This document shows, one piece after another, positions 1-12,567 of a stretch of DNA of 64,000 nucleotides. Origin of the DNA: Octopus sinensis (lineage: Eukaryota); assembly GCF_006345805.1 (NCBI RefSeq), contig NC_042999.1, forward strand, positions 74,214,001 through 74,278,000, read 5' to 3'. The notes beneath the pieces were generated by a model. It saw nothing but the letters and a program-made list of their open reading frames with translations. It was not told the origin of the DNA and ran no database searches. Every line of letters begins with the position of its first letter. Position 1 is the stretch's first letter. A program made the translations under genes and the position numbers.

Positions 1-350
1 TACTACATACTCCTTTGACCCACGAATAGTCAAGAAGGAAGGCGAAAAGATAGATAAATACAACCCTCTTAATTACGAAATAGCCCGGGTATGGAAAATG
101 AAGAAGATGAAGATAGTGCCAATTATTCATGGGTCCTTGGGAACAGCATCAAAAGGCATCAAGGGGAATATAAATGAAATTGGAATAGAGTGCCCAATAG
201 AACTGTTACAAAAGGTTTGCCTCTTTGGCATGGCCAGAATAATCAGGAATGTATCAGATAGCTGAAAAGAACGGATAGCATGGTACCGTAGGCTACAGGT
301 AGCAAGCCCGCTACGCATGCAAGACTGCAGGACCTCCAACAAAATCTGTG
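1..350 (+). mobile_element. 3' end of R4/Dong-clade RLE non-LTR retrotransposon
   Basis: Manual translation of ~7-265 gives FDPRIVKKEGEKIDKY..L.YEIARVW..KIVPIIHGSLG...ELLQKVCLFGMARIIRNV*, the typical C-terminus of a restriction-like endonuclease domain. A short 3' UTR and an AAT-rich tail follow. Confidence 0.85.
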
Positions 351-375
351 ATAAAGAGAAATAATAATAGCAATA

Positions 376-597
376 AAAATAATGGCTTCAAATGTTACCA
401 CAACGGCAGTAATTTTGGGGGAGAGTACCAGTCGATTATATCGACCCCAGTGTTTCACTGGGACGTCATTTATCCACCCTAAAAGGATGAAAGGCAAAGT
501 TGACCCTCGGCGGAATTTGAACTCAGAACATAGCGATGGGCGAAATACTGATAAGCATTTCGTCCAGCGTGCTAACGATTTTACCAGCTCACTGACT

Positions 598-598
<1 letters not shown>
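376..598 (-). mobile_element. tRNA-derived SINE (family abundant in this window)
   Basis: Reverse complement carries an A-box-like head (..CTGGTAAAATCGTTAG) and a B box (GAGTTCAAATTCC). Same core as more than 10 other copies in the window. Confidence 0.85.
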
Positions 599-599
<1 letters not shown>

Positions 600-656
<57 letters not shown>

Positions 657-665
657 TAAAAATAA
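600..665. repeat. (AAT)n microsatellite
   Basis: Direct; separates the SINE from the next LINE. Confidence 0.99.
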
Positions 666-3600
666 TGAAAGGAAACAGATGGAGCCTCCTCCTCCTCATA
701 GGCAGATTAATGATACATCTAGTGATGGTGTCACAATAAAAACACTGGTAATCGCGCAACCTGATAATCGCTACCTCATATGAGTGACAATGAAAAAACA
801 AAATATTGTGAATAACGGTGGTAATGAAACTAAAGCCAATGATGGTGACATCGTTACACCCGGTAGACTCAGAGAATCTGGTCCGGCTCCAGCCTGTCGA
901 TATCCAGAAAGAGACCACCACACACGGCGTAGATGGAGCAAGCAAATTAATGCAGTGTTACTACCTGAGCAGACCGGTAAATGAAAATAGTACTCAAATT
1001 AGGGGTTACCGACAACGAATGTACGATCATTGGAGGAAAAAGGGATTGTTTCAACCCACTTAACAGAGACTATGTGACCGAGCTAGAGCAATAAGAAAAA
1101 ATTGTTGGCTCACAGAAGTAGAGCTCGAAGCTATCAAAAGACGGGTCATGGAAAATAGCAGCAGCGATAACAATGAAAATACAGTTCTTACTAATAAGAG
1201 TAATCCCATAGCACAGGAAAGGAGCAGTTGTAGTTTACTTGAAAGACATATAGGTGATCTAAAAGAAGACAATAAAACTAATGGCGTCATAACAGATGAA
1301 CAAAAGGCAATCTACGATAGAATAAAGAAAGGCTACAGGAGAACGATAGCAACATTATTTGCAACCTTAAAAACTGAACCAAGAAACGAAAAATGTCAAT
1401 GAAATTCTGAAATACATCAGAACAAGCAACATCACAGAAACAAATAATTTGATCAAGGCAGCAAGTATTGTTCTAGCAGAAAATGTGGGTGTTGATGTCA
1501 AGAAAAAAGAAACATAAAGGGAGTGACAAAAGAAAAGATCCATGGTGGAAAAGAAGAATCCAGGCAGGGTTAGACATGCTCGCGAAGGAAATTTCTATGT
1601 TAGGCCGAAAAAAGAAAGGGGAGCTTAAAAGCGAACAAAAATACGGGGAACTGAAAAGGAAGTACAATATTGAAAGTAAGTGCCTGAAAGTAGTAGTGGA
1701 GGAACTGAAACTGCGCCTCGTTGCAAAGAAAGCAAAAATGCTAAGATACGACCAAAGAATGAAGGGTTACCACCAAAATAGGTTATTCAGAGTAGATCAG
1801 AAGAGATTCTATAAAAAAAATGAATGGGGAGTGTACAGATGAAAAGTTGATACCAGATAACGTTGAAAGTCAAAGGTTTTGGAATGACATCTGGAGCAAA
1901 GACATGGAGCACAAGATGGATGCTGAATGGCTGCAAGAACTGAAAGAAACAGTAGTCTGTCTAAAACAGGCAGGACTAGTAATTTCAGTGAGGAAAGTGA
2001 AGGAAATCAGCATAAAAATGATCGACTGGAAGGCCCCGGGACCAGATGGAGTTCAAGGCCACTGGATCAAAAGATTTGGTGAATGTCGTGCACAAATAGC
2101 TACGCAACTCAGCATCTTGTTAAATGCCGACCAAGTAACACCAGAGTGGTTGACTTTGAGTAGGACAGTGCTGTGCCTGAAAGACATCGAAAATAGCAAT
2201 ACGATAGACAATTACAGGCCGATATCCTGTTTGCCACTTATCTGAAAGTTATTGACTGGAATACTCGCAGAATCAATGTACGAACAGCTGGAAAAAATGG
2301 AGTCCTGCCACATGAGCAGACGGGTTGCTAGCGTAAGTGCAGAGGTAACAAGGACCAACGCCTGATAGACAAAACTGTACTTAGAGACTGCTAGAGGAGG
2401 AAAAGTAACTTAGCCATGTCATAGATCGACTATCGTAAGGCGTACGATATGATCCCACATTCTTGGATTATGGAGTGTATGAGCCTATTTGGTATTGCAT
2501 TGAATGTCGGGCGATTACTTGGAAAAAATATGGCAAATTGGAGGACGGACCTGACATCATATGGAAGAAGTTCAGGGACAGTAGAAATGAGGAGGGGCAC
2601 CTTCCAAGGGGACTTCCTGACATCACTGATCTTTGTACTGTGCTTGATGCCACTAACACTGATTTTGAGGAAAGCAAAAGTTGGGTATGTATTCAAAAGC
2701 CGCCAAGAAAAGTCAACCATTTGTTATTCATGGATGACTTCAAACTTTATGGCAAGGATGAAGCCGAAGTCGGTTCCCTCGGTGATACGATGTATACCTT
2801 CAGTGCTGATATCAGAATGGAGTTCGGACTGAAAAAGTGTGGTGTGCTAGTATTGAAGAGAGGCAAAATCAAATGTATGGACGGGCTAACGATACTGTCG
2901 GAGGAGGTTATGAAGCAGATAAAAGAGACGGGTTATAAGTACTTGGGAATTTTGGAAATGGATAAATTGATGGAAAAAGAAATGACAAAAAAATTTAAGG
3001 TGGAGTACTTGCGCAGACTGAGACTGATTCTTAAGTGGAAATTAAACGGACGGAATAAGATCGAATCTATGAACACCTGGGCGGTTTCACTCCTTAGATA
3101 TGGAGTAGGGGTAATCGCATGGGCAGTAGACGAACTAAACAGCTTAGACAGAAAGACAAGGAAGTTGCTAACTAGATATGGGTCACTCCACCCCAAAAGT
3201 GACACAGACAGACTGTATGTACCAAGAAAAAGAGGGGGAAGAAGACTTATTGGTTGCGAACACAGCATTAGAGCAGAAGAAAACAACATAGCATGGTATG
3301 TAAAAATTCCACAGAATCGCTAGTATTAGAAGTAAGAGGGTTAGGCTTGTGTAGGATGAAATATTGCAAAGATAAAGCACTACACAAGAAATTGAAAACG
3401 AATGTAACTGAAAACAGGTGGGTAAAGAAATGCATGGTAAATTTCATAGGGATGATGAAGATAAGACAGACAGAGAAAAAAGATGGCTGTGGATGACTAA
3501 AACAGAGACTCTAATCTGTGCTGCCCAAGAGCAAGCACTAAGAGCAAGCTACCTAAAATACAGAATAGACAACACAGCAGAAAGTGATAAGTGCAGAAGC

Positions 3601-4245
3601 TGTGGACAAAACGATGAAACCGTATAACATGTTACCAGCCAATGCACGCCACTAACCCAGAAGGAATATAAGAGACGCCACGACAATATAGCCAGGCTTC
3701 TCCATGGACACTTTACCACAACAAGGGACTTGACAGCGCAAAAATTTGGTACGACCACAAACCTGAAGGCGTCGTCGAAAATGGAAATGCAAAGATCCTA
3801 TGGGATTTTATGATTCAGTGCAACCATGAGATAGAGAATAGGAAGCCGGACATAGTCTTAATTGAGAAAGAAAACAAACTATGCTGGGTCATAGATATAG
3901 CATGCCCAGCTGACAACAAGGTATGCGATAAGGAAGAAAGAAAAGTCGAAAGATATAACAATAATGTTAGTTTGGGAAGTTAAGCAGTTGTGGTCGAAGA
4001 AAAAGGTAGCAGTAGCACCAATAATTGTCGGAGACCTGGAAACAGTGAGCAAAAATCTTGAGAAGTACGTGGAACAAATAGAGGCTGCAATAAAGGTAGA
4101 GCACTTGCAGAAAACAGCACTGCTTGGAACCGCTCGAATATCCGGAAGGTGCTCGAAAAATAAGAGGTGTTACCTTAGTTGACTGGTAGTGAACAGCTGA
4201 CACTTTAATACATCTCCAGCATTAGAAGCTGTACAACGGCAATTA
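666..4245 (+). mobile_element. Near full-length, frameshifted R4/Dong-clade LINE (N-terminal region, RT, CCHC, RLE)
   Basis: ORF fragments: RRRWSKQIN/LMQCYYLSRP..GYRQRMYDHW (N-term); WKAPGPDG, NYRPISCL, IPHSWI, RGTFQGD, HLLFMDDFKLY, YKYLG (RT); CRSCGQNDETV (Zn knuckle); RLE end KTALLGTARI. Ends in an (AAT)n tail. Confidence 0.92.
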
Positions 4246-4263
4246 TAATAATAATAATAATAA

Positions 4264-4294
<31 letters not shown>

Positions 4295-4321
4295 AAGAAG
4301 AAGAAGAAGAAGAAGAAGAAG

Positions 4322-4358
<37 letters not shown>

Positions 4359-4388
4359 GCAACAAGAACAACAACAATAATAATAATA
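4246..4388. repeat. Compound (AAT)(AAG)(AAC)(AAT) microsatellite
   Basis: Direct; spacer between two LINE copies. Confidence 0.98.
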
Positions 4389-6886
4389 AAATTAGAGAAG
4401 AAATATAAAATACTGAAGAACGGGATTGATTCAGTAATAGAGCAGTTAAAACAGAGGATCATGGTAAAAATCCAGAAGATCAGAAGATTTGTGAACAGAA
4501 ATAAGCAGTTCGAGAACAGATTGTTCAAAAATAACCCGAAGCAATTCTTCCGACGTTAGAAGGAGACAATGGGGAAAATGTTGCTCCTGATGCAAATCAA
4601 GTCAAGGAGTTCTGGAACGGATTATGGGGGAAAATGCGGTGCATAAAAGGGATGCAATGTGAATAGGAACTATCAAGACAGAATTACAAGGAAGAAAGAA
4701 ACAAAGGAATATTGTCATAAGTACGGGTGATGTGAAAGAACAAGTGGGTAAAGTGCCTAATTGGAAAGCTCCCGGACCAGATGGGATTCATAGTTTCTGG
4801 CTGAAGAGATGCCACGCGGTGCATGAAAGCCTAGCAGCCTAATTAAATGATTGTGTCCAGAAAGATACAATCCCTGCGTGGATGGTGACTGGGAGGACAA
4901 CACTTGTAATGAAAGATAGAAGAAAGGGGAATACTATGGGAAACTACCGTCCCATAGCATGCCTAAACATTATCTGGAAGATACTCACTGGAATATGTGC
5001 GGTAAAGACATACACTTTCATGGCACAGGAAGAGATACTACCAAGGGAACAAAAAGGATGTAGGAAGAGTTCTCAGAGTACCAAGGATCACCTGATCATC
5101 AATAAAACAGTTTTGAGACATTGTAAAAAACATCATACAAACATGTTTATAACTTGGATTGACTTTAAGAAGGTATATGATATGATGCCTCATTCTTGGA
5201 TTGTTGAATGCCTGCAGATGTTTGGTCTTCCTGACATCACAAATTTTCTGATGCATAGCGTGAAAGAGTGGAAAACCAAATTGCACTCAAGTAATGTATT
5301 CCTTGGAGAAGTTAAAATTAAAAGGGGAATATTCCAAGGTGGCTCGTTTTCTCTGTTACTTTTTGTAATTTCACTAATACCCACGACAATAACACTTTGG
5401 GAAGTTAAGATGGGTTATCGATGTTGGAAGAACTATCTTTTGTTTATGGATGACCTGAAATTGTTTGGAAAATCTGAAAAACAGATAGATTTTTAACCAA
5501 AACAGTCCAGAAGTATGGTAGGGATATCGGTATGGAATTTGGGATCACCAAATTCTCCGTACTTAATACGAAAAGAGGGAAGAATGTAGCCTGCAGAGGA
5601 TTGCGGTTACTATCAGGAGAGACCATGGGTGAACCTGACAATAGTGGATAAAGATATTTAGGGATTTTGGAGCTGGATGTCATTCTACACGGAGAAATGA
5701 AAGTCAAGGTCAGCGAGGCATATCAAAAAAGAGTGAAGATGGTGTTGAGTCCCAACCTGAATGCAAAAAATTTGATTACCGCAAGGAACATCTGGGCAGT
5801 TGCTGTGGTCAGATATAGTGCGTCCATCTTCAGATGGACTAAGGAGGAAATATCACCACTGGACAGAAGGACGAGAAAGTTGATGACACTGCATGAGGTG
5901 CTACACCCTAAAGCAAACGTAAACAGACTGTATATGAAAAGAAAGAATGGTGGCAGAGTACTAATTAGTATAGATCATTGTATAAGGAGTGAAAGGAGAA
6001 CGCTTACCGAGTATTTGATAAATAGTAATGAAGACCTACTGCAATATACCGCGAAAGATATAGGTGTAAATGCAGATGAAATGATGGGTAAGGCAAAGTT
6101 TAACCAAAGAGCTGAGAAGAAGAGAAAAGGAGAGCTTCTTGAAATGAGAATACATGGACAGTTTGAAAGGAATACACAAGGTGTTATGGATAACACAGCA
6201 TCGTGAGCATGGCTTGAGCGAGGTGATTTGAAGCATACCACCGAAAGCTTGATCATTGCTTCACAAGACCAGGCTCTCGCTATCATTTCACCTATAAAAT
6301 TTCTGACGCCCAGAAATGCAGACTCTGTGGAAAGAGTGCGGAAAATATGAACCACTCGGTAAGTGGATGCGAGAGCCTTGCACAAAAAGAATACAAAGGC
6401 CGCCACGATAAGGTGTGTGTATCTTCATTGGCTCTTATGCCGTAAATACCAATATGAAGTGACAGAGAACTGGTATGAGCATGTACCAAGTAAAGTCATG
6501 CAGGAGGATAGAAAAGTAACGATACTCTGCGGTTATGATTTTCAGACAGATCGTGTAATCGAACACCGTCGGCAGGATATTGTCATAATGAATAAGAGAG
6601 AGACAAATACTGCCAGATCATTGATGCAGCCTTAACAAATGACATGAATGTTGTGAGTAAAGAGGTTGAAAAAAATCACCAAGTACTCCGAACTGAAAGG
6701 GGAAATGGCAAGACTGTACGGAATGCGAGAGGGTAATGTAAAAGTGATACCAATGGTGATCAGAGCGTTGAGCTCAATCCCACTGAAACCGCAAGACTTC
6801 TTAAGGCAACTGAAAATCCCATGCAAGATTGATGTCATGCAAAAAGCAGTCTTATTAGCACAGCGCACATTTTAAGGAAAGTATTA

Positions 6887-9072
6887 CACAACGTAACAAT
6901 TTTTTTTTTAAATTGTTTATTGTATTTTTTTTATTGTTTATCAATCCATTTTTTCTACTGATTCCAAAACTGAAATTATTTTTTGTGTATCATCAACAGT
7001 TAAGAAAATATGTCGACTTTCAACATATTATTTGGTATTGTTATAATGTTTCGCTACTAAATGTATGTCTAATTTTCTCTTTCAGACCAATTACTAAGTT
7101 CTGCTACTTTCAGGATGGCTACTAGAGTATGTAACAATTCTCCAGATACATTTTACTATGTGTGTGGTTATTATATTGGAAAAAAGCAGGTATTACATAA
7201 GATCGTAAAACGTGCCAAATTGTGGATAACGTACAAACTATTTCAGAATGCTCATGGGTGACAAGGTAAAACCATGGGCCCCACATGTGATATGTGGAAA
7301 CTGTCGATCTGCTCTCGAAGGATGGTTAAGAGGTACAGGAAGGTCAATGCCTTTTGCCATTCATAGGGTATGGAGAGAGCCAAAGAACCATCACGATGAC
7401 TGTTACTTTTGTATGATCGATGTGACAAAGAACAGAAAAGTGAAAGGAAAACAAGCTCTTCAGTATCCAGACATGCCATCATCTAGAGCACCTGTCCCAC
7501 ATGATGACAGTTTACGAGTATCACTACCACCAGAAAATATTTCATCTGAAGAATCAACAAGTAGCGGCAGCCAAGAAATGGAGGAAGCTTTCGTACCAAG
7601 AACGACTTCGGGGCCTCACTTTCCAAATCAGAGTGAGCTTGATGATTTAATCAGGGATCTGGGTCTTACTAAGTCAGGAGCTGAACTTCTTTCATCAAGG
7701 CTGAAGAAATGGAATCTACTGGGGTAAGACTGAAAGACATTTCTGTACTGGAAACGCCATGAAGAATTTGAAATTTACTATGAAAATATTAATGATCTGT
7801 ATTATTGTAAAGATGCGATTGGTTTGTTTACTGCTATTGGACTCAAGCATGATTCTGCAAAATGACAACTGTTCATAGATAGCTCAACACAAAGTCTCAA
7901 AGCAGTGTTGCTCCACAATGGAAATAAATATCCTTCTTTGCCTCTTGCACATTCCAGTGTCAAAGAACTTCTCGACAAAATAAATTACACTGAGTTCAAG
8001 TGGAATGTTTGTGGTGATTTCAAGATGCTTGCCTTCTTGCTTGGCTTGCAAGGGGGATACACAATGTATTCATGTTTCCTTTGCTTATGGGACAGCAGAG
8101 CTGATGATCATCATTACAAGAGAGTACATTGGCTCCCACGAGTGGAACTGCAGCCAGGACTGTTAAATGTTCTCAAACAGCCACTAGTAGATTCCAACAA
8201 AATTTTATTGCCCCCACTTCATGTCAAACTCGGATTAGTAAAACAGTTTGTGAAGGCCTTAGATTTTAGAGGAGAAGCTTTTCAAGAAATTCGTCTTGTG
8301 TTTCCAAAGCTATCTGAGGCTAAGATCAAGGGTGACATATTTGTTGGGCCCCAAGTAAATGCAATGTTAAAGTCGAAGAAACTGGATAGAGCGATGACAA
8401 AAGTTAAAAAAGAAGCTTGGTGTGCATTTCGTGATGTAGTTCGTGGATTTCTAGGAAATCACAAGGATCCTAATTACAAACAGCTGGTAGCAAAGCTTAT
8501 TGAAAACTTCAAGAAAATGGGTTGTCGTATGTCCTTAAAGATTCATTTTTTGCACTCTCACCTAAATTTTTCCCCGAAAACTTGGATGATGTCAGTGAGG
8601 AGCATGATGAAAGATTTCATCAGGACATCGCAACTATGGAAAGAAGATACCAAGAACAATGGGATACTGCTATGATGGGAGATTATATATGGTCTCTAGT
8701 CAGAAGAGATGAAGTCCAGAAAATCTCGATCGTCAAAGCACTTCTCATCTTAAGAAAAGAGTTATCAAGGCATTTACACTGCAGAGTTTTATTGTTTCTT
8801 TTTGTTCTAACAAATACTATACTTCCTACATACCTTTCAATATATGAAAAAGTACTAAATGCTGTGTAATTATCCTTACAATACTAGAATAGATTGAACC
8901 AACAAAGTGCTGTGGAGAAAAGTTACGAATATAACGAACAAATATGAAATTAGGAATAAACAAATAACTATCGATGTTACGCCAAAATGAATGTGATTTT
9001 TGAATTTAGTGGCAAAAAATGCATATATGAACATTAAAAAATACAAATAAACAAAACATGTATTACATTGTG
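6887..9072 (+). mobile_element. Chapaev3-type (CMC superfamily) DNA transposon, complete ends
   Basis: Ends CACAACGTAA.. / ..TTACATTGTG (imperfect TIR, CAC..GTG), flanked by a TTA duplication at 6884-6886 and 9073-9075. Family name comes from recalled transposase motifs. Confidence 0.8.
7115..8700 (+). pseudogene. Chapaev3-like transposase, frameshifted
   Basis: MATRVCNNSPDTF.YVCG (7115), WAPHVICGNC, WREPKNHHDDCYFC, LFIDSS, CGDFKML, CFLCLWDSR, PPLHVKLGL, SLKIHFLHSH, EEHDERFHQD. Several frameshifts and stops. Confidence 0.8.
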
Positions 9073-9150
9073 TTATCTGTCTGAAGTCCTTGTGACTTGA
9101 CAGATTACTAAAATCTCCAGTGCATTTTTACCTACACTGTGTTACGAAGG

Positions 9151-9183
<33 letters not shown>

Positions 9184-9217
9184 TAATAATAATAAATAAT
9201 AATAATAATAATAATAA

Positions 9218-10189
9218 AATACAAACAAGAAATCATACCACCTAATAAACACAAAGAAGAAGAAGAAGATGATGAAGAAACAACAAAAGCTATAAAACAA
9301 ATGAAATCCAAACTAAAAATAGAACAGCAACGAGCCATGATAAAACGATGGCAAGAAAAGCCCCTTCATGGTAAATACTGCACTAAACTAAACGCAAAAG
9401 AAATAGACAAAGAAAAATCCCAGCAATGGTTGAGAAGCTCAGGACTCAAAGCAGAAACAGGGGGATTTTTAATTGCAGCACAAGACCAAAGCCTCCCCAC
9501 CAGAAATTACCAAAAACATGTAATGAAAAGAAATATTACAAGTAACTGCAGAATATGTGGAGATGGACAAGAAACAATAAATCATATTATCTCTAGCTGT
9601 CCAGTCCTGGCTAAGAAGGAATATATTCACAGACATGACAGAGTTGGAACCTACATACATTGGAAGCTATGCCAACATTATGGAATAACAACAGAAAAAA
9701 GATGGTATAGGCACACACCAGAAAAGGTCACAGAAAATGAGAAAGCAACCATACTCTGGGATATGCCGATACACACAGATAGAGATATAGTTGTCAGAGA
9801 TCATGAAGAAAAAAAATGCTTTCTAATTGATGTATCAATACCGGCAGATGACAACGTGTCTCTAAAAGAAATGGAGAAACTCTCAAAATACAAAGACCTG
9901 GAAATAGAGATAACTAGAATGTGGAACCTGAAAACGGAAACAATTCCTATCATAGTAGGTGCATTAGGCATGATAAAAAAATATTCAGACAAATACATAA
10001 CAAAAACACCAGGACTTACAAACACATATAACATACAGAAAATTGCACCACTAGGCACTGCACACATCCTACGCAGAACACTTTCCATACAATAACCATC
10101 AGATCATCACAACAAATCACAGCACATACCCAAGGCACACAGAGCTGCGCTCGGTAGTGAAGTGAAAGCACGCTATAAAAATAAAACTA

Positions 10190-10195
<6 letters not shown>
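9218..10195 (+). mobile_element. 3' fragment of R4/Dong-clade LINE (open 264-aa Zn-knuckle + RLE segment at 9301-10095)
   Basis: CRICGDGQETINHIISSC, RHDRV, ILWDMPIHTD, IDVSIPAD, KEMEKLSKY, GALG, TAHILRRTLSIQ*. 3' UTR then (AAT)n. Confidence 0.92.
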
Positions 10196-10263
<68 letters not shown>

Positions 10264-10465
10264 GAAGAAGAAGAAGAAGAAGGAGGAGGAGGAGGAGGAG
10301 GAGAAGAAGAAGAAGAAGGAGGAGGAGGAGGCGGGGGGAGGAGGGGAGGGGAGGAGGAGGGGAGGAGGAGGGGAGGATGAGGGGAGGAGGAGGAGGAGGA
10401 TGGAGCAGGAGGAGGAAGAGGAGGGAGGGGGATGAGAAGAAGAAGAAGAAGAAGAAGAAGAAAGA
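10196..10465. repeat. (AAT)n followed by GAA/GAG purine-rich low complexity
   Basis: Direct. Confidence 0.97.
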
Positions 10466-10662
10466 GAGCTAGCCTTGACAGTGGCTGGACGTGTTCTTCG
10501 CTGCTCTGACTAGTCAACAGCCGAAGACAGTAAGTCAGCAGCCGAACACTAATACAACCCAGCAGGACAGCTGAAAAATAACTCTCAAAGACTGGAATAT
10601 CTACAATTTCCTGTAATTTAAATTTCCTTCAAAATAAGTTACGAAACTTACATATCTACAGT

Positions 10663-11290
10663 TTTCGATCAACTTTCAAAATTTTAATAAAGAAATCCAG
10701 AAATGAGATAGAAGATGATGTAGCATTGCAACAATTACGGTGAGTTTACCGTGTAACGCCAAACCCAAATGCTCCTTCAGGTATGTAGCTTGCTGAAGTG
10801 ATTTTCGCAAGAAAAATTAGGTCCGTTTTTGACAAATTATTACCTGGAAGAAAATAAAAACCGGGGAAAACACAAAAAATTCCACCAAATATTTAAAAAC
10901 TGTTGACAAGGTGCTCCTCCAGAGTGTACAGATATGGAAAAGAAAGTTGGAAAGACGGCGAAATAATAAAACGGATCGGTAAAATTACATACACGATGAA
11001 AAGTTCGAAATAGGAACATAAAAAAACACATGAGTTAGCTGAAAAGAAAGTTTACCGAAGATAGGGTTACAAAGAAAGAAGATGCAAGTCATCGTCGAAC
11101 CAAGGCATATCGGTACAAGAAGAAAAAAACATACAGAATTGTTGGAGGTAGTTCTAAAACAAAAAATATTAAGCTTTTGCAGAAAATAAATCCCTAAAAG
11201 AGAGAAGAAATGTAAAGAATTAAAAAAAATATTTATTCACTTTCAACGGGAGTCAGTCTCAAAAGGGGAGATGTTGTTGTGATAGACATT
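10663..11290 (+). mobile_element. Degraded Ty3/Gypsy integrase C-terminus with PPT and start of 3' LTR
   Basis: Manual translation ALQQLR*VYRVTPNPNAPSGM*LAEVIFARKIRSVFDKLLP, then W.DGEIIKRIG. Polypurine tract AAAAGGGGAG (11261-11270) lies directly before TGTTG (11272). Confidence 0.7.
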
Positions 11291-11395
11291 AACACCCCTG
11301 TGTGATTAAAAGGTGAACCTTTATAAAGAGTAACGCGTCTCGCTGAGATTGAGAGGAAGGCATTGGAGTTTCGCGTGTTGAAAGTTACGTCTGTG

Positions 11396-12365
11396 GGCAT
11401 AACTACAGATTTCTGCCCCCACCACCACGATTTTGGATGATCATAACTTTCAAAAAAATGGATATTTTTTAATGGAATTCTCTATGAATATGTATTATAT
11501 CATGTAGATTCCGAATATACAAAATTTTTTAGGGAAAGTGTTTTAGGAGGGGTGGGGTGGGGAATTTTGGAAAATTCACCGGCGTCCACTTCAATTCGTC
11601 TTAACTTTCAAGAAAATAAATATTTTTTAAAGAAATTTTCTACAAATATACCTCGGACTATGTAAATGCCGAGAACATAGAAATCGTGGAGGAAAACAAT
11701 TGGGGTTACTTTTGAGGACCGTTCCCCACTCGGGGGTGTTTCGGAACAAGTCGTCCATATTTGTTTAATTTTTCTCCGTTTTGTGCGTTTGTGCATCCGT
11801 AGATTTCTACTGAAGCAGCAGGCAGTTAAGCTCTCACCAGAAAACTCGTTATGTTAAAAATACCAGCTAAAGGTCTAAACGTTTCTAACAAAGACATTGA
11901 ATAGAATAATTCCCCGTTTGAACTTCTTTAATTACATGTAGATGTATGTGAGGACTAAAAATCTACGGATGCACAAACGCACAAAACAGAGAAAATGAAA
12001 CAAATATGGACGACTTGTTCCGAAACACCCCCGAGTGGGGAACGGTACTCAAAAGTTACTCCCAATTGTTTTTACCCCCAAATTCGTAAGTTCTTGGAAT
12101 CTACATAGTCCAAGGTATATTTGTAGAAAATTTCATTAAAAAATATCTATTTTCTTGAAAGTTAAGACAAATTGCAGTGGACGCCGGTGAATTTTCCAAA
12201 ATCCCTCACCCCACCCCTCCTAAAACACTTTCTCCAAAAAGTTTTGTATATTCGGAATCTATATGATATAACACATATTCATAAAAAAATTTCATTAAAA
12301 TATATCCATTTTTCTGAGAATTATGATCATCCAAATTCGGTGGGGCAGGAATATTTACTTATGTC
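11396..12365. repeat. Long inverted repeat (arms ~11396-11806 and ~11959-12365); probable non-autonomous DNA transposon
   Basis: Arms are reverse complements, e.g. GTTCCCCACTCGGGGGTGTTTCGGAACAAGTCGTCCATATTTG vs CAAATATGGACGACTTGTTCCGAAACACCCCCGAGTGGGGAAC. Confidence 0.9.
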
Positions 12366-12536
12366 TGCCTTTATCCTCACTTCGTTAAATCATATATCCG
12401 CAATCAAGGATATGAAAAAAGGTCACTTGATGTGGCATACAGCTGGCAAGTATTTCTGTGCCATAATGAGGAATTATGCAATATCACTGAACTTGTTAGA
12501 AACAGCAAACTAACGTCCCTCGAATCACGCTCAATG

Positions 12537-12567
<31 letters not shown>

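Larger units (their letters stand above)
4389..9150 (+). mobile_element. 5'-truncated R4/Dong-clade LINE interrupted by a DNA transposon at 6887-9072
   Basis: RT motifs NYRPIACLN, WIDFKKVYDMMPHSW, RGIFQGG, LLFMDDLKLF (4882-5496); RLE region 6363-6875. The C-terminus TAHILRKVL|SV* and 3' UTR resume after 9075, followed by (AAT)n. Confidence 0.92.

Noticed and set aside
382-945. ORFs with poly-N or poly-I runs
   Set aside because: Read-through of a SINE plus (AAT)n. The same applies to the ORFs at 4205-4528, 10173-10517, 54016-54370 and 60751-61318.
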